Positions 31,214 to 40,619 of a stretch of 55,373 nt of DNA are shown piece after piece. The notes below the pieces were generated by a model, which saw nothing but the letters and a program-made list of their open reading frames with translations, made no database searches and was not told the DNA's origin. Within the stretch, counting starts at the first letter, position 1, and each line of letters starts with the position of its first letter. The stretch covers positions 1-55,373 of the forward strand of contig CBEVQY010000017.1 in assembly GCA_965552135.1 (NCBI GenBank), in the 5' to 3' direction. A program made the position numbers and the translations under genes. This DNA is from an uncultured bacterium (GTDB lineage: Bacteria > UBP14 > UBA6098 > B30-G16).

Positions 31214-31993
31214 TCACTTACCGCCGCCGACTATCGGAACGGTTATCCTGCAGACCTCGCTGTCGCTCTTGTCGAAAGCTGCCAGCGTTATCGAAGCCTT
31301 CACGGGCTTTCTGGAATCGTAGCCCTCGACAAGCTTTACCTTAACCTTCGTCGACTTGCCCTTCTTGAGGGTCTCGCGCTTGATCTCGGGCTTCTGGAGA
31401 ACCGTCCAGGTGTAGTCGATGACCCTGAGCTTAAGCTTTTGGTCGGAGATGTTCTTGACCTTGAACTCCGACTCAGTGCGGAAGAGGTCCCCTTTCCCGA
31501 GGTCGACGATCTCGGGGAGGGCGATGATCCTCGGTCCTGCGGATGCGTCGTGCCAGGCAGCCGTGTCGAGGTTTGCGCTGAAGCGAAGCGAAACGATCCT
31601 GTGCGTTGGGTCGTTCGATTCGACCTTGATGGACTTGCGCACGGCGCGCCTGTAACCCCTTGTTCTGAATATCGCTGTAAGCTCTGTGGACTCGCCGGGG
31701 GCAAGTTTTCTCTTCGCAAGCGGAGCCGCCGTGCAGCCGCACGTCGGTCGAACGCGGACTATCTTGAGGGTATCCTCCCCAACGCTTTTTACGGTGAAGA
31801 TATGCACAAGATACGCGTTTCCCTGGGGCGCGAAGCCGAAGTCGAACTCCCTTGTGTCGAAGTCTATTCGCGCTTTGGACGGCGGCAGGGTGTCTGTGGT
31901 TGTTCGTGCGGTGGCAGGCTTTGCAACCGATTTGGTCTGCGCCAAAGCCAAAACCGCAAAAAAAGCCACCACCACAAAGACTGCCCTGCGCAT
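31214..31993 (-). CDS. Exported DUF1573 (Ig-like) domain protein
   Basis: Signal peptide from ATG at 31993, FDFG...LKIVRVRPTCGCT...LAPGES...KSIKVESNDP, then a second Ig-like module. Confidence 0.85.
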   Translation of the reverse strand: MRRAVFVVVAFFAVLALAQTKSVAKPATARTTTDTLPPSKARIDFDTREFDFGFAPQGNAYLVHIFTVKSVGEDTLKIVRVRPTCGCTAAPLAKRKLAPGESTELTAIFRTRGYRRAVRKSIKVESNDPTHRIVSLRFSANLDTAAWHDASAGPRIIALPEIVDLGKGDLFRTESEFKVKNISDQKLKLRVIDYTWTVLQKPEIKRETLKKGKSTKVKVKLVEGYDSRKPVKASITLAAFDKSDSEVCRITVPIVGGGK

Positions 31994-32097
31994 CAAACAC
32001 CTCCTGCTGCTTGTAGGCGAAAAAGTAGAATAGCTTATTTGTCTCAAAATGCAAGCGAAAAATCGGAGCCCCATCAAAGGTTTTTCCCAGTTTGCTA

Positions 32098-32125
32098 TTG
32101 ACAAGTCGAATTTTATCAGTATACT
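32098..32125 (+). promoter_or_regulatory. Sigma70-type promoter of rpoD
   Basis: TTGACA (32098-32103), 16-nt spacer, TATACT (32120-32125). GGAGGAGG Shine-Dalgarno site at about 32162. Confidence 0.7.
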
Positions 32126-32172
32126 CAAGGCAGCGGCGTTTTTGCCAGGGCACAAAACCTCGGAGGAGGGTT

Positions 32173-33021
32173 ATGGCAAGGCGTGGCCGCAGGGATGTGG
32201 ATCGCTCCCTTGATCTTTACCTCAAGGAGATCGGCGAGACCCCGCTTCTTAAGCCCGAGGAGGAGGTTGAGCTTGCCAAGCGCATCCACCAGGGCGACCA
32301 GGAGGCGCTCGAGAAGCTCACCAAAGCCAATCTGCGGTTTGTCGTAAGCGTGGCAAAGCAGTACCAGAACCAGGGGCTTTCTCTTGCCGACCTGATAAAC
32401 GAGGGGAACATAGGTCTCATCAAGGCTGCCAAGCGCTTCGACGAAAAGCGCGGGTTTAAGTTCATATCCTACGCCGTTTGGTGGATCAGGCAGTCTATTC
32501 TTCAGGCTTTGGCGGAGCAGTCTCGCATAGTTCGTTTGCCGCTCAATCGTGTTGGCACCTTGCACAAGATCGGTCGCACCGCCTCGACCCTCGAGCAGGA
32601 GTACGGGCGCGCTCCAAGCACCTACGAGATCGCCGAAGAGCTCGATATGTCCGTCGAGGAGATTCACAACACCCTTAGGATTTCGAACACGCACCTCTCC
32701 CTCGACCAACCCTTCAACGAGGGCGAGTCGAACTCGCTTAAGGACGTCATCGAGGACGAGAAGTCTCCGTCGCCCGAGGAGGACGTGATGCAGGAGTCGC
32801 TCAAGAAGGAGATCGAGCGTGTTCTGAGCACCCTCTCGGAGCGTGAGGCTGAGGTGATAACCCTCTACTTCGGCATAAACCGCGAGCACCCGCTGACGCT
32901 TGAGGAGATAGGCGAGCGGTTCGGACTGACCAGGGAGCGCGTGAGGCAGATCAAGGAGAAAGCTATAAAGCGTCTCAGGCACATATCGCGCAGCAAGAAC
33001 CTTCGGGCGTATATGACCTGA
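32173..33021 (+). CDS. rpoD: RNA polymerase primary sigma factor, short FCB type lacking region 1.1 (282 aa)
   Basis: [72 protein letters not shown]. Confidence 0.93.
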   Translation: MARRGRRDVDRSLDLYLKEIGETPLLKPEEEVELAKRIHQGDQEALEKLTKANLRFVVSVAKQYQNQGLSLADLINEGNIGLIKAAKRFDEKRGFKFISYAVWWIRQSILQALAEQSRIVRLPLNRVGTLHKIGRTASTLEQEYGRAPSTYEIAEELDMSVEEIHNTLRISNTHLSLDQPFNEGESNSLKDVIEDEKSPSPEEDVMQESLKKEIERVLSTLSEREAEVITLYFGINREHPLTLEEIGERFGLTRERVRQIKEKAIKRLRHISRSKNLRAYMT

Positions 33022-33042
33022 TGTATCCCGCTGTGGCGCTTT

Positions 33043-33071
33043 CGCCCCGCTTTGGTGCGGGGCGTTTTTTT
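33043..33071 (+). terminator. Rho-independent terminator after rpoD
   Basis: CGCCCCGC-TTTGGT-GCGGGGCG followed by a run of 7 T. Confidence 0.8.
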
Positions 33072-33082
33072 CTTGTGGAGGG

Positions 33083-34021
33083 ATGGAAGGTTCCTTTCCC
33101 ACAGATGGGCTTGAGGGGATAAAGTTCTGCGCCTACGAGGTTTTTTGCGAGGCTTTGGACGAGATCGTTTTGCCCGCCTTTTCGGGTTCCACGTTTAGGG
33201 GTGCTTTTGGCGCTGCGCTGAGGAGGGTTTCGTGTTTGCCAGTGCGCCGCAGGGATTGCAGCGCGTGCACAGTTGCCGAGGGATGCCCGTATTTCTTCAC
33301 GTTCGAAAGCCAGCACCTCGACACGCCCGCCGGGCTTAGGAATTTCCCCCACCCCTTTGTGCTCGAGCCGCCCAGCGCAAGGCAAATTCGAGCGGGCGAG
33401 GAGTTCTCGTTCAGGTTCGTTGTCGTTGGCGAGGCGCTTAGGTATTTTCCCTTCTTTGTCTGCGCCTTCGTTAGGATGGGCGAGGCTGGCGTAGGCAGGG
33501 GTCGCGGCAGGTTCAGGCTCGTTCGGATAGATTCTCTTTCCGACGGTTTGTGCGTTTACGATGGGCGCGATGGTCGGCTGAGCGGGTGCGGCGAGCCGGT
33601 TTTGCTCTCGCCCATTGAGCTGCGCGGCGCCGTCCGGATCGACTTCGTCACGCCGGCGCGCATCAAAAGGGGCGGACGCTACGTCTACTCCCCGGATTTC
33701 GCCGTTCTGGTCCGATCGGCTATGCGGCGGTTGAGCCTGCTTGCGGAAGGATATTGCGGCTTTAAGCTCTCACTGCCTTTTGATGAGCTTCTCTCCTTTG
33801 CCTCGCGCGTGTCGGTGCGTGCGCTTGAGACGCGCAAGGTCGTTGTGCAGAGGTACTCCTCCCGTCAGGGGCGCCACGTGCCGCTCTACGGCGCCGTGGG
33901 ATTCGCCGAGTACGAAGGGAAGCTCTCCCCCTTCGGAAGCCTGCTTGCCGCGGCGGAGTGGCTCCATATAGGCGGCGCCACGTCGTTCGGGTTCGGGAAG
34001 ATAAAAGTCTCGCCCGTTTAG
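33083..34021 (+). CDS. cas6: CRISPR pre-crRNA processing endoribonuclease Cas6 (RAMP), orphan
   Basis: GSTFRGAFG, Cys cluster C..(RRD)CSAC....CPY, PHPFVLEPP, GVGRGRGRF, IDFVTPARI, and the C-terminal G-rich loop LHIGGATSFGFG. Confidence 0.88.
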   Translation: MEGSFPTDGLEGIKFCAYEVFCEALDEIVLPAFSGSTFRGAFGAALRRVSCLPVRRRDCSACTVAEGCPYFFTFESQHLDTPAGLRNFPHPFVLEPPSARQIRAGEEFSFRFVVVGEALRYFPFFVCAFVRMGEAGVGRGRGRFRLVRIDSLSDGLCVYDGRDGRLSGCGEPVLLSPIELRGAVRIDFVTPARIKRGGRYVYSPDFAVLVRSAMRRLSLLAEGYCGFKLSLPFDELLSFASRVSVRALETRKVVVQRYSSRQGRHVPLYGAVGFAEYEGKLSPFGSLLAAAEWLHIGGATSFGFGKIKVSPV

Positions 34022-34085
34022 ACGAAAGCCGGTGAGGGTTGTTTCCTTGTTGCGGTGGGGCGTTCGTCGAAACACACGCCCACAC

Positions 34086-34113
34086 AAAAAAGCCGCCCCT
34101 TACGGAGCGGCTT
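34086..34113 (-). terminator. Rho-independent terminator after the FlgD/T9SS protein gene
   Basis: Minus strand: AGCCGC(T)CCGTAAGG(G)GCGGCT hairpin followed by TTTTT. Confidence 0.65.
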
Positions 34114-34138
34114 CGAATGCAGCCAAACCCTGTGGGCA

Positions 34139-35038
34139 TCACTTAAGCAGCGTCATCTTCTTCTTGTCGATGAACCTGTCGCCCACGGTGAGCTTGTAGA
34201 AGTAGACGCCGCTTGGGACTTCGTTTTTGGCGTCGTCAGTGCCATCCCAGCGGACGGTGTATGCGCCAGCCTCCCTGTAGCCGTCCACGAGGGTTGCCAC
34301 GTGCTTGCCGAGGACGTCGGTCACCTCGAGCTTCACCTCGGCACCTTCGGGTATCGTAAACGAAATCTCGGTGGAGGTGTTGAACGGGTTAGGCGAGTTT
34401 TGGGCAAGGGTCGGCTCCTCGGGGAGTCGAATCTTCTCGTGAACGCCCGCGGCGGTAGGATAGCGCTGGACGATCAGGTGCAGCTCTACGCCGCCGGGGT
34501 CTGTTGCCCAAGCCATGCATGTTTCCACAACAGCGGAATCGAGGGCGAAGCCACCAAACGTCGACTCGAAGCTGGGGTCGGAGAGATCGACCTCTATCCT
34601 TATGCAGAGGGTGTCACCCGTCGCAAAGGTGAACGGCGAGCCGTCCCAGTACGTATTTATGTTGTCGAAAAGACAGGACCAAAGGCACTCGCCGATACCA
34701 GTTGGTATAAATACGCCTTCGAAGCCCGGTGTTGTGCAGTAATACGTTTCCGTTTTCCCGCACGTTCCATCGGAGCAATCGGAGTCCCAGTTGCTGTCGG
34801 CATCTAAAGCCCACATCTTGAGAATATAGCTGCTGCATGTCGTGTCGTTGTTTATTGTTCCCGCCCATTCAGCGTTAGTTGGGTCGCACGATGTTGCGTT
34901 TGGGAACGTATCGTTTGCGTTGCACCACCACACATCAAGCGACCCAAAGGTGGGATCAAGCTCGTCGAGAACCGCGTCCTGGGCAAATGCAAGTCCCGTC
35001 AGAACGACTAAGCCAAGTGTTAACAGTGTGTTCCTCAT
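34139..35038 (-). CDS. Secreted Cys-rich hypothetical protein with FlgD-Ig/T9SS C-terminal sorting domain
   Basis: Signal peptide and an unrecognised acidic Cys-rich N-domain. C-terminal LAQNSPNPFNTST...DVLGKHV...WDGTD...SGVYFYKL...KKMTLLK. Confidence 0.85.
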   Translation of the reverse strand: MRNTLLTLGLVVLTGLAFAQDAVLDELDPTFGSLDVWWCNANDTFPNATSCDPTNAEWAGTINNDTTCSSYILKMWALDADSNWDSDCSDGTCGKTETYYCTTPGFEGVFIPTGIGECLWSCLFDNINTYWDGSPFTFATGDTLCIRIEVDLSDPSFESTFGGFALDSAVVETCMAWATDPGGVELHLIVQRYPTAAGVHEKIRLPEEPTLAQNSPNPFNTSTEISFTIPEGAEVKLEVTDVLGKHVATLVDGYREAGAYTVRWDGTDDAKNEVPSGVYFYKLTVGDRFIDKKKMTLLK

Positions 35039-35079
35039 TTCCTACCCTCCTTACAAGCTGAGGTTCTGCCTTCAACACC

Positions 35080-36360
35080 TTACGGGCAAACGGGCCAGTA
35101 GCCGCCGTCGCCCTGTATCTGAACTCTGTATGGTTGCCCGGGGTATATGTGAGCGCCGCCTGATGTAAGCCAAAGGGAGCCAATTTTCCGAGCGATGAGA
35201 ATGTATCTTTGGGAGAATGGATCCCAGCGCCAGACCGAAACGGGCTGGATACCGGGATCAGTTGCATCGATATCCATCCCCAAGTATTTGGCTTCGACCG
35301 GGAAGCCGTAGGCGCTTGCGAGGATGTTGTACTCTTGATATGGCATCACGAAGAAGTTGGCGCCGTCGGACCAGCTTGAGGGTTTTGTGAAGTAGAAGCA
35401 GGTATCCATAGGCAGGTAGCCCGGTGTGTACTGGCTGAAGACGAAGGTGTCGCCGGGCGACACAACGGTTTCGTCGAGGACCGCGAGGTAGCAGTTTCCG
35501 AGCCTGACGTTTCCGGAGTTCAGCCAAAGGGAGCCGATCTTACGGGCGATAAGGATCCACCTTTGGTTCACTGCGTCCCACTCCCACAGCGTTTTGCAGT
35601 TGGGGATGAGTCTTGCAAACGATGTTGCGGTGTTTCCCGAGTCGGAGACGGCGCTCATTTCGACGGCGTAAGAGAGGAGGTTGTTTGCGCCGGCGGTGGC
35701 GCAGCCAAGCCACTGGTCGAACTCGCCGACGGGATGAGCCGGCTCGGGGGAGTAGAAGAGTCTTCCGTCGGTTTCGCTCGAGTCGACGGCGCAGGCGGTG
35801 TAGAACCAGTTCACTGTCGGGTCACCAACACCCTTGACGCCGGGGTCGGTCGTCCAGAGGGTGTCGTAGAAGAAGTCGTATGTGAAGTCGGGATAACCTG
35901 CGGTTGGACCGCCCCAGCGGTACTCACCGGCGTCGGTTCTGCCGGCGAAGTCCTCGATGGGGTCTATCATCTGCGATGTGTCGCTTCCGCCAAGCATCCT
36001 GACGTCCTGCCAGTTGAAAAGCGCCCACTGCGCCCTGTAGACCAGGTAGAAATCTCTGTTCTCCGCAGGGTTGGGACCGACGTCGGCTTTGAACCAGATG
36101 TATTCGTTTCCCGGGGTTGTGCCCTCGTCGAAGATGTAGAAGTTCGGTGCCGGAGGTCCCTCAGGCTGGCGCAGGGTCACGTAGATGTATATATCGGCTG
36201 TGGTGTCGGCCATTGCCTCGACGGGCTCGGTGGGTGTGCCATCTCCGCTGGAGAGGGACGTGCTGCTTGGCGCAGGTGCAACCTCGTCGCCCACAGGAGC
36301 AGCAAAAACAAAACCCACAACCATAAACGACGCAGCCAAAATGCCTATCCACTTACCCAT
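35080..36360 (-). CDS. Secreted hypothetical protein with a duplicated C-terminal domain
   Basis: AAGGAGGT Shine-Dalgarno site, signal peptide MGKWIGILAASFMVVGFVFA, two copies of WxWD...ILIARKIGSLWL. Confidence 0.8.
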   Translation of the reverse strand: MGKWIGILAASFMVVGFVFAAPVGDEVAPAPSSTSLSSGDGTPTEPVEAMADTTADIYIYVTLRQPEGPPAPNFYIFDEGTTPGNEYIWFKADVGPNPAENRDFYLVYRAQWALFNWQDVRMLGGSDTSQMIDPIEDFAGRTDAGEYRWGGPTAGYPDFTYDFFYDTLWTTDPGVKGVGDPTVNWFYTACAVDSSETDGRLFYSPEPAHPVGEFDQWLGCATAGANNLLSYAVEMSAVSDSGNTATSFARLIPNCKTLWEWDAVNQRWILIARKIGSLWLNSGNVRLGNCYLAVLDETVVSPGDTFVFSQYTPGYLPMDTCFYFTKPSSWSDGANFFVMPYQEYNILASAYGFPVEAKYLGMDIDATDPGIQPVSVWRWDPFSQRYILIARKIGSLWLTSGGAHIYPGQPYRVQIQGDGGYWPVCP

Positions 36361-36434
36361 CAAAAACACCTCCTTCTTTCCATCGATTTTCAAGGTAATT
36401 ACTGCTCCCTTAAAGTCAAGTCTTTTTTTGGGGC

Positions 36435-38897
36435 TTATTTTTTCGAAGCCACGGTGACGTCGTCTTTGTTGTTCTTTTCTTCCTTTACGGGCACAAAGCG
36501 CAGGCGGTCCTTTTTCCTGTCGAGCTCGAGGTGGATTATGTGGTTCCAGGGGATTTCGCCTGCCAGAAGCTTTTCCGAGAGGGGGTTTTCGACGTACTGT
36601 TGGATCGCCTTCTTGAGCGGTCGTGCGCCCATGGTTGGGTCGTAGCCCTTTTGGGCAAGCCAGCGCCTCACCTCGTCGGTGGCGATTATCGTAAGACCTT
36701 TGTGCTTTATGCGCTCGTTGAGTTCCAGAAGCTGGATGTCGACTATCTTTTCTATGTCCTCTATCGACAGCGGTCGGAAGACGATGATCTCGTCGATTCG
36801 GTTAACGAGTTCGGGTCGCAGCGTCTTTTTGACTTTTGCCAGAAGGTGTTGTTTCATCTCCTCGAAGTCGGGCAGTTCTTCGCGGTTATCGAAGCCGAGG
36901 CGCGCGGAGGTGAGGTCCTCGGTGCCTATGTTGGAGGTCATGATTATTATCGTGTTTTTGAAGTCGACTCTGCGACCGAGGCTGTCGGTCAAAACGCCCT
37001 CCTCGAGTATCTGAAGCAGCAGGTTGTAGACGTCCGGGTGGGCTTTGTCGATTTCGTCGAAGAGGACGACCGAATACGGGTGGTGTCTCACCGCTTCGGT
37101 TAGAGTTCCGCCCTCCTCATATCCGACGTACCCCGGCGGAGCGCCCACAAGGCGCGAGCTGGCAAACTTCTCCATATACTCGGACATATCTATCCTTATC
37201 ATCGCGTCTGTGGTGCCGAACAGGAACCTTGTGAGCACCTTCGCAAGCTCCGTTTTGCCCACGCCTGTGGGACCGAGGAAGAGGAAGCTTCCTACGGGTC
37301 TGTTGGGGTTTCCGAGCCCTGAGCGCGAGCGCCTTATGGCGTTTGCCAGGGCGGCTATGGCGTCGTCCTGTCCGACGAGCCACTTGGAGAGGTGCTCCTC
37401 CATGTGCAGAAGTCGCGACTGGTCTTCTTGGCTTATCTCCTCGATGGGCACGCCGGTGATTCTGCTGCAGACTTTCGCCACGTGTGCGGCGGTCATAAGC
37501 GGTCGATGCTCGTTTCGGGCGATTAGCCACTCCCGCTCCTGCTGCTCGAGCTTGAGCGTGAGTTTTTCTATCTCCCTTTTGAGCAGCGCAGCCATTTCGT
37601 ATTCCTCGCGCGCTGCGCACCTGGCAAGCTCGCGGTTCTTCTCCTCTATGAGCTGTTCGAGCTCAAGCAGGTACTTTGGCTTCACGCAGCCAGCGAGGTT
37701 CAGCATTGCGCCCGTCTCGTCGAGCAGGTCTATCGCCTTGTCGGGCTGAAAGCGACCCTGGATGAACCTGTCCGAAAGCCTCACCGCCGCCTCTATAGCC
37801 TCGTCCGAGATCCTGACCTTGTGGTGCTCCTCGTAGTGGGGCCTCAGTCCCCGCAGGATCGCTATCGTCTCCTGGTAGGATGGCGGATCCACGTAAATCG
37901 TCTGGAACCTTCGCTCAAGGGCGCCGTCTTTTTCGATGTACTTGCGGTACTCCTCGGCGGTTGTAGCCCCTATGATCTGTAGTTCGCCCGAGGCAAGAAG
38001 CGGCTTTAGGATGTTCGATGCATCGAGCGCTCCTTCTGCTCCGCCGGCGCCGACTATCGTGTGGAGCTCGTCGATGAAGATGATTATGTTCCCCTCCGAC
38101 AGGATTTCGTCGACGACGGCTTTGATCCTTTCCTCGAACTGACCGCGATACTTCGTGCCGGCAACCATTGCTGCAAGATCAAGCGAGACTATTCGCTTGT
38201 CCTGCAGGAGGTAGGGCACGTCCTTTCTGGCGATTCTCTGTGCCAAGCCCTCGACTATCGCCGTTTTGCCCACGCCGGGCTCGCCTATGAGGACAGGGTT
38301 GTTCTTCTTCCTTCTGCAGAGTACCTGTGTGACCCTCTCTATTTCCCGCTCGCGCCCGATGACCGGATCGAGCTTTCCCTCTCGCGCCTGCGCGGTTATG
38401 TCGCGGGAGAAGCTGTCGAGCGTTGGGGTTTTCGACTGCTTTTGCTTTCTGCGCCGTTGGCTGCCGGTGCGAATGCGCGCAAGCTGCTTTACGGCGTCGT
38501 TGTAAGCGAGGTTGCATATAGTAAGCGCCTGAAAGGCGATGGAGTGGTAGTCTTTGAGGAGTGCCAAAAGGAGGTGTTCGGTTCCCACGCGCGACGAGCC
38601 GAGCTTTCGGGCTTCCTCGGAGGCGCGCTCGACGACCCTGTGGGCTTGGGTCGTCATTATGACGTTGCCGACGAAGTAGCTTTCGTCGCTGGCGCCTATG
38701 AGATCCTCCAACGTCTTGCGGAGGAAGTCCGGGTTTATACCAGCGTGTATTAGTATCTCGACGGCGGTGTTGTTTCCGTGCGCAAGGATCGCCAAAAGCA
38801 GGTGCTCAGGACCGATGTACGTCTGTCCAAGTCGCGCTGCCTCGTGCTGCGCCAACTCCAAAACCTTCTTGAGGTTCTCCGAGTACGTCGAACCCAT
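36435..38897 (-). CDS. clpC: ATP-dependent Clp protease ATP-binding subunit ClpC
   Basis: Two Clp-N repeats (PEHLLLA, TEHLLLA), [11 protein letters not shown]-like linker, [21 protein letters not shown]. The ATG at 38897 is preferred over 39209. Confidence 0.95.
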   Translation of the reverse strand: MGSTYSENLKKVLELAQHEAARLGQTYIGPEHLLLAILAHGNNTAVEILIHAGINPDFLRKTLEDLIGASDESYFVGNVIMTTQAHRVVERASEEARKLGSSRVGTEHLLLALLKDYHSIAFQALTICNLAYNDAVKQLARIRTGSQRRRKQKQSKTPTLDSFSRDITAQAREGKLDPVIGREREIERVTQVLCRRKKNNPVLIGEPGVGKTAIVEGLAQRIARKDVPYLLQDKRIVSLDLAAMVAGTKYRGQFEERIKAVVDEILSEGNIIIFIDELHTIVGAGGAEGALDASNILKPLLASGELQIIGATTAEEYRKYIEKDGALERRFQTIYVDPPSYQETIAILRGLRPHYEEHHKVRISDEAIEAAVRLSDRFIQGRFQPDKAIDLLDETGAMLNLAGCVKPKYLLELEQLIEEKNRELARCAAREEYEMAALLKREIEKLTLKLEQQEREWLIARNEHRPLMTAAHVAKVCSRITGVPIEEISQEDQSRLLHMEEHLSKWLVGQDDAIAALANAIRRSRSGLGNPNRPVGSFLFLGPTGVGKTELAKVLTRFLFGTTDAMIRIDMSEYMEKFASSRLVGAPPGYVGYEEGGTLTEAVRHHPYSVVLFDEIDKAHPDVYNLLLQILEEGVLTDSLGRRVDFKNTIIIMTSNIGTEDLTSARLGFDNREELPDFEEMKQHLLAKVKKTLRPELVNRIDEIIVFRPLSIEDIEKIVDIQLLELNERIKHKGLTIIATDEVRRWLAQKGYDPTMGARPLKKAIQQYVENPLSEKLLAGEIPWNHIIHLELDRKKDRLRFVPVKEEKNNKDDVTVASKK

Positions 38898-39050
38898 CTC
38901 CGTCACCTCAGGCTTCGAATTCGCTTTAATAATATCTATTGTCGCGTCCAAGCGCAACAAAGATTTTTGGACAAAAAGCTTTGCAAAACGTTTTGACTTT
39001 TGGGTGTGCGGGGGCAAATTAGAGACAATGGGCTTTCCCCGGAGGTGCGG

Positions 39051-40613
39051 ATGAGCAGAGCTTTTTTGCTTGTTTTGCTTTTGGCGGGCTTTGCGCTCTC
39101 TTCGGGCTTGAGCGTTGACCTTGCGTTTGAAATGCTTTTTGAACGCGAGGCGTTGCCCGAAAGCCTGAGGTCTGTTCCCTTGAAGTCGGGGACGCCGTTT
39201 CTTCTCCACGTCATTCGAAACGAGAGATTTTTAAGTCAAGAGCGCAGGAGGGTTTTGCGGCAAAAGCTTGCGCGTCCCTCCCTTCCGAACAGCTACGACA
39301 CCCCCGACGGTCACTTCAAGATTCACTACAACGCCTCTGTGACCGACACGTATTACGTTCGCCGCTGCGGCGAGTTTTTCGAGCGCGCCTGGTACGTTGA
39401 GGTCGAAAGCCTTGGTTTTTCGCCCCCCGTCTGCGACGGTGGCCTGGGCGGCGACGACCGCTTCGATGTTTACATCGTCAACCTCGGTGCAGGGGTTTAC
39501 GGCATCACCTACCCCGACGGCAGCACAACCGAGCCAACATCCGCATACATCAACGTGAACACAAGCTACGATGGCTTCCCGCCGAACGATGATCCCGAGG
39601 GTTCAAGCTGGGGCGCGTTCAAGGTGACCTGCGCCCACGAGTTCTTCCACGCCATACAGTTCGCCTACGACCCCGGCGAGGAGGTCTGGATGCTCGAGGT
39701 CGCCTCCGTCTGGATGGAGGATGTAGTCTTCGACTACGTCAACGACTACTACAACTACCTCCGGTACTTCTTCGGGGCGCCCTACAGCTCCCTTATGGAG
39801 TATTCGATGCACATGTACGGTTCCTGCGTTTGGTTTCACTATCTTTCGCAGCGCTTTGGCGCGGGCATTGTGAACCGCATATTCGACGAGATGGTTCACC
39901 TCGACGGTCTTTCGGCGATATCTGCGGCGCTGGATTCCCTCGGGGCGGACCTTGCGCAGGAGTTCCTCACCTTCGCCTGCTGGAACTACCTTACCGGACC
40001 CCGCGCCGACTCCTTTCATTACGACGAAGCCGAAAGCTACGACACCGTTTCGCTTGAGGCGAGGGCGCACTCGCTGCCGTACACCTTTTCGCCCGTCTCG
40101 AGCCACAGACCTCATTCGTTTGCCGCAAACTACATCCTCCTTCCCACGACGCCCGAGGCAGGCGTGACGATAGATTTCTCCGGCAGCGGCGATGCGACTT
40201 GGGGGGTTGCCGTTGTGGTCCCCGGCGACTCCGCCGAAATCCTTCTTCCGGACGGGTCGGGGTTCGTTCCCACCGGCGGTCGACCTGCCGCGCTTGTGAT
40301 CGCCGCCGCGGGAGCGTACAGCGAGTACCCCACATACGACTACTCCGTTTCGATTTACCCCTGCAGCGGCGTTGCCCAATCCTCCGGGGAGCGACCTGGG
40401 AGGCTTTCGGTCTTTCCGAACCCGTTTTGCGGCGCGCTTTTCGTTCTCCCCGGCGGGCACGGCGAGGTGAGCGTATTCGACCTTGGCGGGCGGAGGGTCT
40501 TCTCCGCGCGGACGGAAGGAAAGCCCGTCCTCTGGAAGCCTCGACGCCTTCCCCCGGGCGTTTACGTCGTCGAGGCCGGCGGGGAGAGGGCGAAGGTCGT
40601 GTACTGTCCGTGA
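39051..40613 (+). CDS. Secreted zinc metallopeptidase (MXAN_6640-like) with T9SS C-terminal domain
   Basis: Signal peptide after GGAGG, HFKIHY, AHEFFHAIQ...WMLE...WMED, C-terminal FPNPF...FDLGGR...PGVY...KVVYCP. Confidence 0.82.
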   Translation: MSRAFLLVLLLAGFALSSGLSVDLAFEMLFEREALPESLRSVPLKSGTPFLLHVIRNERFLSQERRRVLRQKLARPSLPNSYDTPDGHFKIHYNASVTDTYYVRRCGEFFERAWYVEVESLGFSPPVCDGGLGGDDRFDVYIVNLGAGVYGITYPDGSTTEPTSAYINVNTSYDGFPPNDDPEGSSWGAFKVTCAHEFFHAIQFAYDPGEEVWMLEVASVWMEDVVFDYVNDYYNYLRYFFGAPYSSLMEYSMHMYGSCVWFHYLSQRFGAGIVNRIFDEMVHLDGLSAISAALDSLGADLAQEFLTFACWNYLTGPRADSFHYDEAESYDTVSLEARAHSLPYTFSPVSSHRPHSFAANYILLPTTPEAGVTIDFSGSGDATWGVAVVVPGDSAEILLPDGSGFVPTGGRPAALVIAAAGAYSEYPTYDYSVSIYPCSGVAQSSGERPGRLSVFPNPFCGALFVLPGGHGEVSVFDLGGRRVFSARTEGKPVLWKPRRLPPGVYVVEAGGERAKVVYCP

Positions 40614-40619
40614 CCGAGC

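Noticed and set aside
30461..32101. Long antisense ORFs (546 aa here; also 4965-6314, 13446-14771, 17605-18669, 25568-26857, 46819-48060)
   Set aside because: They shadow well-supported genes on the opposite strand, have no recognisable motifs, and are expected at high GC3.
34021..34030. GACGAAAGCC recurring right after stop codons (1751 and 34021) as a ribozyme or regulatory motif
   Set aside because: It is only a 10-mer that also occurs inside coding sequence (about 1379). I see no hammerhead CTGATGA core or conserved flanking structure.
33022..34140. CRISPR array next to cas6
   Set aside because: No regularly spaced direct repeats are visible here or elsewhere. Only one repeat-like element exists, reported as a weak finding.
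35158..35586. Repeat pair as the template and variable repeats of a diversity-generating retroelement
   Set aside because: The differences are mainly synonymous third-position changes and are not adenine-specific. Both copies are in-frame coding sequence, and no reverse transcriptase is in the window.
38898..39209. ORF-track N-terminal extensions (clpC to 39209, Mut7-C to 8645, MetH-like to 23968, C25 from 41495, rpoD from 32092, DUF1573 to 32155)
   Set aside because: They overlap neighbouring genes or promoters. Family motifs, signal peptides and SD sites point to the downstream starts used here.
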